DNA of 58,396 nucleotides, filler included, from Sphacelaria rigidula (lineage: Eukaryota): NCBI GenBank assembly GCA_964200075.2. It is 5 parts of 5 records of this genome, joined end to end, with 100 filler letters (N's around TTAATTAATTAA, not from the genome) between each part and the next. Parts side by side here need not be neighbours in the genome. Positions count along the whole stretch, not along the records: positions 1 to 11,601 come from CAXNAA020004725.1; positions 11,702 to 23,300 come from CAXNAA020004726.1; 3 more parts are not named here. One strand, written 5' to 3'. Of the stretch, positions 1 through 12,472 are shown in pieces. A program made the translations under genes and the position numbers. The notes beneath the pieces are model-generated. The model had not been told where the DNA came from. It saw only the letters and a list, made by a program, of their open reading frames with translations, and did not search any database. Every line of letters starts with the position of its first letter. The first letter of the stretch is position 1.

Positions 1-103
1 AAACGGGGATGCCCTTGCCCATATTCTGGTGCGTCTAGAACCGTTAGGAGCCCCTGAACCAGACAAAATTTTGCGAAAAAAGTGCACCCCTACCGTAGCA
101 TTG
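1..103. mobile_element. Right-hand part of a MITE (same family as 47150-47395)
   Basis: 1-103 aligns by eye with 47295-47397, including the terminal inverted repeat GTGCACCCCTACCGTAGCAT. Confidence 0.75.
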
Positions 104-1028
104 GTCTCTCACACGAAATGATATCCCCACTGCAGAATGCACAACGTGTCTTAAAGAACTCCTCCATTTTTGCTTCATGTACGATACCTGTGCTCGGCAG
201 AGACAAATCTCGGGTGAAAGTTCGAAGTACATGTTGTGATCACTCAGTGAGCGAATTCACACTTCCTACTATTTTTGTTCTTGTTGTTGTCTTCGCATTC
301 AAATTCGTTCCGATCTCTGCGCACTACCTTCCAACACCTGTACTACAGTAGGCATCTGATGCGCGTTCCATCACAGGCTAAAACCACCAAGAATATACAG
401 TCCTCTTGTGTTCATGTATGTATTATGTATATACTGTTGCTATGAAATTTCCTATTAGGAACTTTTCCTTGGTAAACAGTTTTCCAGAACGTCTTTCTAC
501 AGTAAAGCATTTCAGGTCACTCTTCTTGAAGCAATGGAAACACAAAACCTCTCGTTCGTCTGGAGCGGTCAAACAGAGAGCCTTGAATACTGCTGCATCA
601 CTCTGTGCAGCTCTACAACACATCATGACGTACACTTTTGATATCGTGCGCAGCGCATGAATATCTCGTCTTCATTACGTGCATGTGAGTGAGCTTCACC
701 CTCCACCCCTACTTCTACCCCCCCTCACGGATCCGCTAACTCCTTACCCTTGCCAACGATATCTGCTCAAAAGAAGAAAAACACATGACGGATGAGGAAT
801 GCCAAGTGCTAACCCTGTCTGACCCACCCTCAACCAACCGGTTTCCTGCTACTGTATACGATGGGCCGAACATGTTTTAAGGGAGATGCAGCACTACAGC
901 ACAGCAAGCTGCAGACAAGCTAAATTTCCATATTTTACAAGATGAGTGAATCAAAAAAACTATTTGAAAAACAAAAAACGAAACATGCATCACGCGGAAT
1001 GTAAAAAAGCGGGAGTAGGGCGCCCCTA

Positions 1029-2789
1029 TTAAACACCCGCGTGCGCGGCGAACCTTCTTGTCCCCGCCGCCGCGAGCTGCTCGAAGAATAGCCTGAACGC
1101 CTTATCCAAGACCAAGTTTTTCAGCAACGGGTAAGGCTCGACCGCGGTGGGCCCAGCCGCCGTCTCAGCGGACGGCTGAGACAGAGGCAGCGGCAGCGGC
1201 AGCTGCAGCGACAAAGGAAGAGCAACGGGCTGCGCGGGCACTTGATGCTGAACAGCGGGGGGGCGTTCAGAGAAGCGATCTCCGCCGCGGTCGCCGGCAC
1301 CCGAGGCCCCATTCCTCCTCCCGCGGTGTTGCTGCTGCTGCTGCTGTTGCTGTTGGGGTGCTGGCAGTCGCGGCGGAACTCCCCAAACCGAGACCGTGCC
1401 GAATTTCCGGCGGCACGCTGCGATGAGGTCTACGGCTGCCACCCAGTGAAGCGCGAGCATGGACGTATCGCCCTTGTCGATGCCCGAGCCGGTCGCGTAC
1501 CACCGCGGCAAGTCGACGAATCCGGGGCTGTTGAGCTCACACGCGAACACGGTCATCTTGGCTGATTGCAGCCACATCGCACGCGCTCGGCCCTCATAGC
1601 AGGCGGTCAAGAAGTTCGACCGATCGTGCTCTCCAAGGACCTGTGGACAAAGAGAACGCACATCGCGCGGGGTACCGTCGATCGTTTTCGATCACCAATG
1701 AAGACTAAAAGACCCGGCCCGCCGGTGATAAATGAACGACGTTGTTCAGAAGTTCAGGTTGATATTTTCAAGTTGGATGAGAAATAGAACTCACGACATG
1801 GGGCTCATTTATTTGCCTCAAACTCATCCCTGTAGTGCGAGTACACGATAATGGATGAGGCTGACAAAATAAGGGGCTGATCCTCGACCCCGAACAGTGT
1901 TTCTTCATGCTTGTGTCGGACTGGCTCATCACATTAAACCAACACGTGTACCACACCCGGACACTTCGAATGTTTACGTGAAATGTTGAGCTCTATTGCG
2001 GAGGAATTCCCCCGACGGTTGCGATGGTTGGGCATCTATTTCGTCAGGATTTTTCAAGCAGCATGCGCAATTCACTTGAAAACCTTGGCCGGCCAACATC
2101 GGGGCCGTAGCCAAGCATTGAAGATCGTGAGAAGTCATCGGTCGATCATATGATCCTCAGTCCTCATTAATTCCGGTTCAAAAAATCACGTTGTGTGTCG
2201 ACCTCGTTCTACCTTGCATCATAACAGTACACGCTTTTCTTAGTGGGAGTCGTTTCGGCGCTAAATCACACGTGATACATGAAGCGGATCTGATACGATA
2301 CCACATGCGGAAGCGGGAAAGAGGAGGTTTTGCATCCGTTTCGCGATCAACGATTGGTACAAGACCGGTTGAGATATCAGGAAAATAATAGAGGCCAACA
2401 ACGAGTCGTGGCTTCGTTAGAAACGCTGAGGCCCTGATCTACAAAAGGCCCGCCATGCTGTGAAAAAGTCGCTGTCGTCAAGAGAGGCCTTGATGCAGCG
2501 TCCGACTTGCACGACAAGCCGTCAAAAACACGCGCCGATCTCTCTCGGAACGGATGGAAAGTCTACCGTATTTTTTGTTTGCATACCAAGCCGAGAATTG
2601 AGCTCGTTTACAAAAACTGAGCACGGCCGGGGGCTGAGGAACGCACACTAGAAAAAATGTGATAGCACTACTTGCAGTTTTCGTCCCCTCCCGCCCGATC
2701 TGTTGCAGCTTCTCCACATTTGTATTTACGATTCGGTTCCCACGATATATGAATTGCATCCCAAGTTCATGTCCATAATATACTACTAT

Positions 2790-2844
<55 letters not shown>

Positions 2845-5800
2845 GCAGTCTCTTGTGTTGCAGGGTACCGCTCTCATGGGAATCAACGTGCGCTGCCGGG
2901 CCCACAAGCAGGAGACGGAAGGCTGCACAAAAACTCTGGCAGTTCGCAAGGCGACTATCACAGTTTCACTCGCCACCCCCAAATAAAAAAGAACGCGGTG
3001 TAGGCTTGCCTTTCCCGACTCTTCCCAGAACTCTCGGATAGCCGTGTGCTCCGGTCCAGGGTCATGATCCTCGCGTTTGCCCCCCAGCCAGCTCAGTACC
3101 AGGTTGTTCTTGCGAACCTCGCTCCCCAGCAAAACCCACACCTGACCCGTCCCAGGGTCGTACCTGACGGTGACACGTGGCGCAAGATATTTCCAGTAAA
3201 GCAGCTAAAACGAACTATCCCCAGCACTGCAACCGTCTACTACAGGACACTGTACACAAACGGGAAGGCGAGTGAGCGTTGACGTGCGTTTTTTCAGGGC
3301 GCTCACTGACGCATTCGGTCATTGGCTCAGCATGAATATGGACAGGTTGAAAACTCGGCAGGGAAGATGCGTCACTTCGGGTTGACTCTACAAAAGCACG
3401 AGGAGCGGCGATGTGAGCGGTGGGCTAGGACGCGTGCGTCAGTTGGCGCAGCTAACAGGTATCGAGCACCCACGCAGGATTTCTCTGGCCACGGACAGCA
3501 GATGCCCCTGAACCTTCCGGGCGATAGGTCCGTCCATCCGAGATCGTGAACTTCTACATGGCATCCTGTGCGCTCTAATTTTGACCTTCCCGTTCGCTAT
3601 GTAGATGTGAGAGCAATCTACGACAACTCTACAGGATGCACTGGCTCTTAGATACAGGCCACCCTGCACTCCCGTTCTAGCCAACATTACAAACGTGGCG
3701 AGCTATTCTTGTGCAGAGATAAAATGTGCTCTCACCGATAGGGAATGATGCCTGCCGATTTGTAGTACTTCCGCTCTCTCTCCCTCACGTAATAGTCGAG
3801 GTAGTCTTCGGACAGTGAACTTACAGGCACACTTCCACGCCAGTGCGGCACCGCATCCCCCCGTTCCTGGGTCTGCCCCTGCCCATTCCTGTAGCCGTTC
3901 TGGTGTACACCACACGCCCCATCCCCACCCTGCACACGGTCCACCATATCATTGCTCACATTTGGCCGTTGTTCCCTGTCCCGTCTCGTGTGTTCCGTCG
4001 ATTCTCGCCGCCGCCCGCTTTCCTTTGGGTGCCGCCCGTCGTGTGACACCCCTCCCCCGTCAAATCCTTCAGAATTTCCGCTGAAACCATTCCTCGTTGC
4101 ATCCCCGCCGCCACTCTGACGACTGCCTCTCGCCTCGTCGCGAGCCTCACACGAGTCCTCTGCCTGCTTCCCATCAGGTCGACTCTTCCGACCACCTCGC
4201 TTTGAACGCTTTCTCTTCGAGTCAGTGTTGGGCGCCTGAGACGGTGCTCTCCCATCTCTGCCCTTATCTTTCCCTCCACTCACATCACTGCCGCTTCTGC
4301 CCCTGGGCCCGCCGCCGCCGTCGCCACCGTTGGCAGGCGGTACCTTTCTCTGTTGAGACAGGTGAGACATCTCGCGATTACGATTACGTTCTCGCTCCCG
4401 CTCCCTCTCCCGCTCCCGCTTTTTATTCAACTTCCTCTCCTGCGGAGTCAAGTTGGCATCGAACGCCCGCCGTTCCTCAGACGTGGTGGAGGGTCCCAGC
4501 TCGTAGCTCGGCAGCGACAACCGGTTGGTATGAACCCCACCGACGACCGGCGCCGCACGTATCACCGGCGCGGACGGTGTAGGGACTGCACGGCGCTGGT
4601 CCACAATGGGAAGCTCGTGATACGTAGAGCCCTGGTATTCGCCTTCACGTCCCCATACCCGAGAAACGCGGGATGTAACAGGTAGACCTTCCCCATGTCG
4701 TACCAGGCATGCCGCACATTGCGCAAGCCCTACAACGCTGTCCATCCCCCGCCGCAAATTGCTTATCATTTTCGCAGGTCCTCCCAGAACCTTCAGCATG
4801 CCTGCCATACCCGACTCTGGCAGGCCGTGCGGTTTGTTCAGGTTTTTCAGCTTCCGTTGGTTGCGCCTTGATCTAGACTGCGGCTGCATCGGGTCGTCGC
4901 CCCCGGCAGCCGTCGAAGAAAAGGTACTGGCTCGCCCCTCGAGATTTCCAGCCGAGGTGCCATCGACAATCACAGTGTTTCGCATGGCGGAAGAGATCGC
5001 TTCTACCCTCATCCCTCCACTATTCTGCCTATGGGCTTTACTGCTAAGAACACCGCTTCCGCAGTTGGTAAAATCTGAGCCACTGCCGCCACCGCTTTGA
5101 TTTTGCCTTGTAGCCGTCGCCATCTGGCTGTTTTGCATTCTATCAGCCAGCAAGGCACATACGCGCACCGCATCCGTCCACGAGCGAAGATGGTCCGGTA
5201 CCTGTAGGTTGTACTTAGTTGCGAGGTGATCTGGTATTGCTCTCAGTCCGGGTTGCCCACAAGTTACCCACCTGTTGAATCGTGGGAGTCGATTGCGGGG
5301 ACAGGGACAGAGAAAAACATGGGATGAACTAATCTGAGCACAACACACTCACGTGCAGCACCAACCTGATTCCTGTCTCATCTTCCACATACTTACTGAG
5401 GCACAATCTAAAAACCCACATGTCCCCTCCTCTACCTCTCCCCGACATCAACAATATTTCATCGCCGGTCGATCTTTGCGGAAATCTTTTGGGAAGCTGC
5501 AAGAAGCCTCCGTCCTCTTGAACCCCATAGAAAATATCGACGTTTCGCGTCCAATAGCTGTCCTCACGATCTACTTGTCCTCCGCGCAGACTCTGTGGAA
5601 CGCGCGCCGAAGCTACGACCCCAGACAACGATCACAAATGGTTATGCCACTTCTAACACACCTGAAGTTACCCTGCTCGCAAAATCCGTCCGCATTTGTC
5701 GGCCCTGGATTTAACCCGAGGGACGCCATCCAGTGCTGCAGCTCATCAAGGACGGCCGGGAAAGGTATGGCGGAAGTATCCCGGTTAACGATTCCGGTGC

Positions 5801-7701
5801 GACGGCCCTTTGTTTTCTCTACTCCAGGTTGATCGCCTGCCCTGCCTTGGTGCCCCCCGGCGGCGTCTTCACTAGTAGCAAGCGGAGTAGCGGGTGGGGT
5901 GACCAGGATGTACCGATGAAAGCGTCCGAGTTGCCGTTCCGTAAGTGCCTCCATGGCTAGACAAACGAACTCGACCAGCCCCTGCCTCATGGGTGTTTCT
6001 TTTGCGTTCATCGTTCCATGCGAGAAAGGATAACACCGGATATAATGAAACGCCCACATAAGAACAGGGGGGAGGTGGGATAAATGATGTACACATGTAT
6101 ATATACTAAGAGAGGGAGCTGGTGATGATAAACGGTATGGATAGCGTGAGCGTCGCTATTTCTGACCGCGCAGAGAGTGACTTACAGGTGTGAAACATCC
6201 ACTGAATAGCTTATGAAGAAAAAACGCTACCAGAAATCCCTGCGAAACAGAATGCTTCATCTCGTCCACGTATTGATATCTGTGTGCCAACGATTGCTGA
6301 AACAACGTATTAAGGAGCATGGTGCCAGAACACGACTAGCATTTGGAACGCCAGTCAGTACACAGCTCCAGGCTCCTAGAACATCGTTTCCTTTGATCAG
6401 TAATTGTATAGACAGACGAACAATATTCGAAACTACTGGGAACGTTATCTAAAACACAACTCACCTATTAACAGTAACACAGGCGGGACGCCGACCTTGG
6501 CCGTGATATCAACACCGACGCCAACGCCGCTGTTCAACCACTCGCTAGAAGACTCAATCGCGGTTTCGGCCAGCCACGCCCGCCGTGCCTCCTCCGTGCC
6601 GGCCGCGTTGTGAAATCCATGCCTACAGTACTCGGGTGTGATCGGCTCAAACGCACAGTACCCGGCGGCGAACGCGCGGCACAGCCCTGTCGGCACTTTC
6701 GCGGTCTTCGCCCGAGTTGGCATCATGGCTGCTGAGCCACCATCTTCAGCAACGGCTCCAGCAGTAGCCCCTGCCCCTGCCGTCGACGTGATAGCTAGGG
6801 TTGGGGTCTGCATTGGGGTGGTGGCAGCGGCCGTGGCGGCGGCCGTGGCGACAGCTGTGGCCATTGAGGGTGTGAGAATAGGGGGGTTGTCGTTTCCGTT
6901 CCGAGCACAAGCAGTGACTCGGTTTGTCGACGGCGCCATGGCGATCTCAGCGGAGTGTGTACTAATGGTGGGAGCTGCATCAACGCGGAGGTGGGGATAG
7001 TTCATTGTCATCGGTGCTGGTGGAAGTTGTGGAATGGTCGCTACCGGGAGGGGTTGCGGCTGCGGTGGCATCGACGATGGGAGTAGCGGGTGCAGCGCCG
7101 CTGGTGGGGAGGTAACTCCCATGCTACCTGGTGTCACAGCGGTTGGGAGGTTCTCTGCAGAGGAGAGAATGCTAGCTGGGGTGAGGAGAGGAGGTGCCAA
7201 TGGGGTCTCCGTGATCATACCAGTGGTGCCGAGGTGTGGGGAACAAAATGCTTCGTTTCCGACCGGGGGAGCACAGAGTGCGACCGGTGAAGCCGCTGCT
7301 GCTGCCATGAGTAGGGGTGGTGATGCAGGTGTCTCCACTACCGGTATTGCAGGAAGCAATGAAGGGGAGTCGTTTGCTATGACTGAGCCACAGCCAATGG
7401 TGGGGGGGCGCTGGAGCTCTCGAAGAATTGACGTTGACGGTCGCGTGTCTATAAAGAGGCCCGTGCTCTCATTATTGTCGATGGTAGTGTTGTTATCAAT
7501 GACAGGAGCAGGAGTACCATCGGTATCATTCACCATGATATTCTCGTGCTGCGCCGGCGGGAAGGATTCAAGCGGCTCGCTTGGGTTGCCTATGGAATGT
7601 ACATCCTCTGTGCTGGCGGTTTCCTCACCTTCGCCGCGGTTCGCGAGAGGCAAATCATCCCACTCGGCCGGTGGGATATTTGGGTTTATGTGAAGGTCCA
7701 T
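1029..7701 (-). CDS. Multi-exon protein (~1368 aa): Pro/Ala/Thr-rich N-terminus, CCCH zinc finger, unknown middle region, C-terminal Nudix hydrolase
   Basis: Phase-compatible exons 7701-6465, 5998-5658 (donor uncertain), 5592-5366, 5271-3736, 3163-3010, 1640-1029; total 4107 nt, divisible by 3. CCCH-type motif CRAFAAGYCAFEPITPEYCRHGFH. Splicing assembles YYKSAGIIPYR|YDPGTGQVWVLLG...WLGGKREDHDPGPEHTAIREFWEESGK|VLGE, a Nudix box with its usual upstream strands. Confidence 0.8.
2781..2843. repeat. (TAC)n microsatellite in intron
   Basis: About 21 near-perfect TAC units. Confidence 0.95.
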
Positions 7702-8483
7702 GGGTTCCTATTTCCGCAGCGCATATGACAGATGCAGCACAGCCCAGAGCTCACTGAGGCCAGCCCGTCGCTCCTCCTGAGTTAGCGTCACGTTTTTATC
7801 ACCCCCCCAAAAAAACGAAATGTGGTGTATGTGTCTCAACGGGATCGATGATCCAGATAATCGCAAGCTTCTGTCATGAAGTGACAACAAATGTATATCG
7901 CAATACCGTCGAAGAATCCTGGTTCAAGTCTACCCACCACAGCGTATGCACTGGTAACGGATATCTTCGAAGGGGTAGGGCATACAAGTACAGCATTGAC
8001 AAAGGGTAGGGCCTACAGCACACTGGTGGATAGGCCTAGTTATTCCACACTATGATCTTCAAGCCTGATCGCGTAAAAATTCGCGCTGAATATCGCCGGG
8101 TATAGTCCGTACACCGCATTTTTACTTTACGCGCCACCTACCTTCTTCCCAGTCGGCGATTGTCCGAGGCCCTAGAGAGTGAGCCCCTTGAGGCAGAGGA
8201 TGACATTATGTTGTTCCGGACGCTAAACGATATCGATAGCAAACGCGTAGCAATTAGAAACTCCGACAGCGAAAACATCCGCCATCTACAGCATGCACTA
8301 CAACAGTGCATTGTAGGGGTGACTCTGACAAGCTATGGCCTGTAACAACCGTGCCCTGCGTCCCTCTCAATCTAGCATTTGATTAGGCGTCGGGGACGAT
8401 ACAGTAAAATCCTATACTCTCAAGCATTGCCCGTACAGTACTGTGCGTGAAGTGCTTACGCACCGCGTTCCCCTAGAGGGAGC

Positions 8484-11477
8484 ATGTATATAGTCAGTGA
8501 ATCCACTACGAGAGACTACAAGTCTTGCACCAACACAACCTCCTCAGCCAGACTCACGGAGCGTCCCCGGCGCAGCTGGGATAGCAGAGCGAGTAGGATA
8601 GAGGCAGCGGCAGCAGCAACCATTGCTGCCGTGGGCTTGGGGATGACCGCCACCTTTTGCTGTGGTGTAGATGCTTTCATGAGTACATACTTGCGACCCG
8701 CCCTAGGGTGCGTGGCGACATGCCATAGCAAGGTATCAGTGGGTCGGGCAAGAGTGTCGCCATCGACACGGTGGCAGCACAGGCGTCAACGGTGGCCACA
8801 TCGGGATGACCGAGAGATATTTTTGGGGTGGAGAAGTGAGTTATTCACGTGTAATAAACATGCAGGGCATTGCCGGTAGTATTCAGTGATGGTTCCAACA
8901 TGTGCAACCTGGTCGTCTGTGCGTTCTGTATATGCCACCGTACGGTATGCACCATGCACCTGTGCTGCTCGTGTACGACGCCCACATGTGACTTACAGCT
9001 GCAGCACCTGTTGCAAGTACACTGACACTAACCTCGACCTCAACTCTACGCTACCACGGTTCACGGGTGCATGTAGTGCCACTCGCCAACAAAAGAGAAA
9101 CAAAAAATCCAGGCACCTTTCGTTCCACTCTCACAACACTGTGTCCTTTGGTTCATCTCCCCTGGCGCGCCGAAAACACAGGAAACGGTACACCCGACCC
9201 CTCCGCCGACAACAATCCAAACGATGCCGACAGTGAAGATTACGATACCAACGGCAACCGACAAAACCAGGGTAGCGACGCCGACGGTGTCGGTGACGGA
9301 GAGGGCGGGCGGGAGACAGGAAATGGCGGAGATGGCATCACGTCGGCGGGGGCGGAGAATGTTGTCGGTGAAACAAAAGAGGGTGACAGCAAGGATGATA
9401 ATGGCTTCGAGATTACCGACGAGCAGCTAAGCGCGCTTTACGGTCGCATCTCGGCCCTGCGAAAACGCGATGTCGTGGTGAGGGTCGTTAGTGGTTGCGG
9501 AAGCACCGCGAGTGAGGTGGTAATTTTACTTGCTTGTGCCGGTTTTCATTTTGTGATTTTGGTCTGGTCGCTTCTTCACGATTAACGATCCTCTCTCCTC
9601 GTATGATTAATGTGTAGTGAACCTGCCGCGGTTCCGCCGAGTAGTAATATGCACCTTGACTTGGTTGGGGCTGCAGTGGACACGACACGGTTTGTTTCAA
9701 TCCAGGGCCTGTCCCTAAGACGGCACCCCTCGTTGATGATGAAAAGAAACACCTATATACATACCTCCACCACGGTCCCCGTTTCCCCGTCATACGCTGG
9801 ACCCCGCCTTTCTCGGGACCAGTCCGTCTCAAAGGGCCAACCCATCTCGCCCCCGGTATATGCCTAGCATTTTGGTGTCGCGGATTGGATTAGCGCTCCA
9901 GCACCGTGTAAACTCTCGTCGGCAAAATAATGCTACTCGCGTCCTCACATCTTAAACGGCAAAAGAAGAAAATGCTACAAAACACAGTAAACGTCGAGAT
10001 CCAAACCCCCATCCTTCCACCCTGAGTGGTTATTGGTGTGCCATTCCAATTTAAACCGCCGTGGCGCAGCCGCACCCTCGTTGTCGTCTATATACATGTT
10101 TTTTTTTTTTCTTGAATTTTCTTGTGTACCCTAAAAATAAACTTTTCATTTCCTTCACTGTTGTTCCCACAGTGTTACTCGCTCACATGGCGCCATATTT
10201 TATTAATGTTACTCTCACCCTCCCCGTATTTTTCTTCCCTCAACTAATTTTCCCCTTTTTCTCCCATTCCGTTGTGTCGTGTTGACGATGCGCCACAGAT
10301 CGATCGAGTGTGCGCCCGGAACTGGAGGCAGGGTACATGCAGGCATGATCTCCTATTCCAGGCTACCGATCCCATTCAGCATGTCGCTTGCAACGGAGAT
10401 CAGCTGGCGTTCGGCACAGACGGGGGTGGGACCTGGGTCATCAGCCGAACTACGGGATACGTCGTGAACGTCTTCGAGGGACACCTGAGTGATGTTACTG
10501 GTGAATGGCCCGGGGTTTGGTCTGGTCGAGGGGAAGGGGAAGTGACTGAAGTGTTGAGCTAGAGCTCAACAATCGTTTTGTTTGCTCTGTTATCGTGATT
10601 AGCTCGTTCATATACGGTGCACACATGTTTCAGCATAGGCTGTGGTGTAGCTGTCTTTTTTTCGCGTATGTTTTTCTCCCCTCCTGCCGTGTATGTGTCG
10701 AATCCGCACAATAATCAGCCGAATGTGGCAATCTTCTAGTATCGAAATCACGGATTCACAACTCCCCCCCCCCCTGTCCCCCTGCCTCTCTTGCTGATGC
10801 CCTCTCTCTCCATCATTATTGTTGCTGGGATTAAGTTATAGCCGATGCGATCATACCCCTGTTGTTTACGCTTCAATATCCCGCTCGTTGCTGTTTTTTG
10901 CGTCTCTTTACAACTCCGGGCTTCACTCCCGCAGCCCTGTTCTTCGACGGGGAGTTTGTTATTTCTGGCGGCAGCGATAAAACAGTGCGCGTGCAAAGAA
11001 ACACCCGAAATTCTCTCCAGAACGTGAGTTCCCGCTGGTGGCATGCCTGTTCAGCACCCAACGGCGATACTTTCTTGTATTATTTCTGCCGTTAACACTT
11101 GAGCGGCCGGCCAGCGTGTGATCTGCAAGAACGGTGCCGTCTTGTCTACTTTCCACTGCCACCCTCGTACCGCTATGCTCGCGTAGCTCGATTTTTCAGC
11201 TTGACAGCGCTATCCCCTACTCACTCACTTCACCCCCGCACCCACACGCGCCGAAATGCAAAAAAAAACGACGAACCAAAAACGCAGGAAGAATTGGGGG
11301 AATGCGTACACGTGCTTTCGGGACACACGGAGCGAGTGACGGGGGTGACGAGGCTCGGGCGCGATCGAGTGGCCAGCTCTTCGGTGGATGGTACGCTCAG
11401 GGTGTGGAGCTTGGAGACGGGTAAGGTGCTGCACGAGCTGTTGCTGCCGGCGCCAGTCTACTGTTTGGAAGCTGTAG
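8484..11477 (+). CDS. WD40-repeat protein, 3' end missing (runs into gap)
   Basis: Phase-compatible exons 8484-8835, 8999-9477, 10299-10500, 10935-11023, 11288-11477 with GT-AG sites. WD40 signatures FEGHLSDVTALFFDGEFVISGGSDKTVRV and LSGHTERVTGVTRLGRDRVASSSVDGTLRVW. The first two exons are less certain than the WD40 exons. Confidence 0.82.
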
Positions 11478-11601
11478 GTGAGTGCAGATGGAGTGACTGA
11501 GGCAGGCAAAAAAGGATGGGAGAGACGGAGAATGGGGGTGAGGGAGAACGGGGGGTGCCGGGAGGGGGGGGGAGGGGAAGACAAGAGAAAGCATGGGAGA
11601 G

Positions 11602-11701
11602 NNNNNNNNNNNNNNNNNNNNNNNNNNNNNNNNNNNNNNNNNNNNTTAATTAATTAANNNNNNNNNNNNNNNNNNNNNNNNNNNNNNNNNNNNNNNNNNN
11701 N
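11602..11701. other. Assembly gap with artificial TTAATTAATTAA linker
   Basis: 100-nt N run with a central 12-mer giving stops in all six frames. Confidence 0.97.
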
Positions 11702-12472
11702 TGCTGGGTAGCCCCCGTGTCAAATATCCACGGTTCGCCCTCACCCTGCTGACTATCACCCCCCCGCTCAACACTCAATGCATACTCGCCTAGGTTGCCG
11801 TTGATGGTGGTGTCAAGAGAGGTGAAAGCCTCCCCATCGGCCACCGAACAGACGGAGGAGCTGTCGCTGTCATCGGCCGCGCCCGTAGCCATCACCGCGT
11901 CTTCTTTCTTCTCCGTTGATCTCGGGCAGCCCCAGAACGTGTGCCCCTGCTGGCCGCACCTCCCGCAGTATCTCTTCGGGCAGTTCCTGGCCCGATGCGT
12001 CGTGTTCTCGTCGCAAACGTGGCAGCGGAGCAGCTGCCCAGCCGCCGATTTGCCGTCCGACGATGCCGACCCAGAGCTACTCGAACTCTGGCTCCCGCCG
12101 TTTTTGTGACCAGAGCCCTGGGATTTTCCCGGTTTCCCCTTGCGGTGAGCACCGCTCGGTTTTCCGGTTCCACCCCCGGCAAGAAGAGCCTGGTCGCCCG
12201 GGGATGACTTCTTTCCCCGGGCAAGTTCCTGTTTCAAAGATGTTGATTCGAAACGCTTTCGAATCGAAGTCAACACGACCTCCCGTGTCAGTGGTCCTTC
12301 TCGATCCTCGAGCAATTGCTTCTGGATGTGATACTCGAACGGCAACGCATTGAGGAATTTCAGGAGAACATGGTCTTCGCTTAGTCGTTCATGTTCCTCG
12401 TACGAGTTCAGGTTTCGTGCAAGTTCCTCCATTTCGAGCAGCTTCTGCTCTGGATCATCACGAACACCGATC
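11702..12472 (-). mobile_element. Ty1/copia LTR retrotransposon fragment: gag C-terminus and start of protease
   Basis: Open ORF with gag-like KFLNALPFEY helix, two zinc knuckles (CHVCDENTTHRARNC, CGRCGQQGHTFWGC) and the copia protease motif WIFDTGATQ at the gap edge. The frame is closed by TAG near 12472. Confidence 0.88.

Noticed and set aside
7034..7693. Long plus-strand ORFs overlapping the CCCH-Nudix gene (also 4097-5100, 5353-5832, 6638-7000)
   Set aside because: Antisense shadows of GC-rich coding exons, with no independent motifs.
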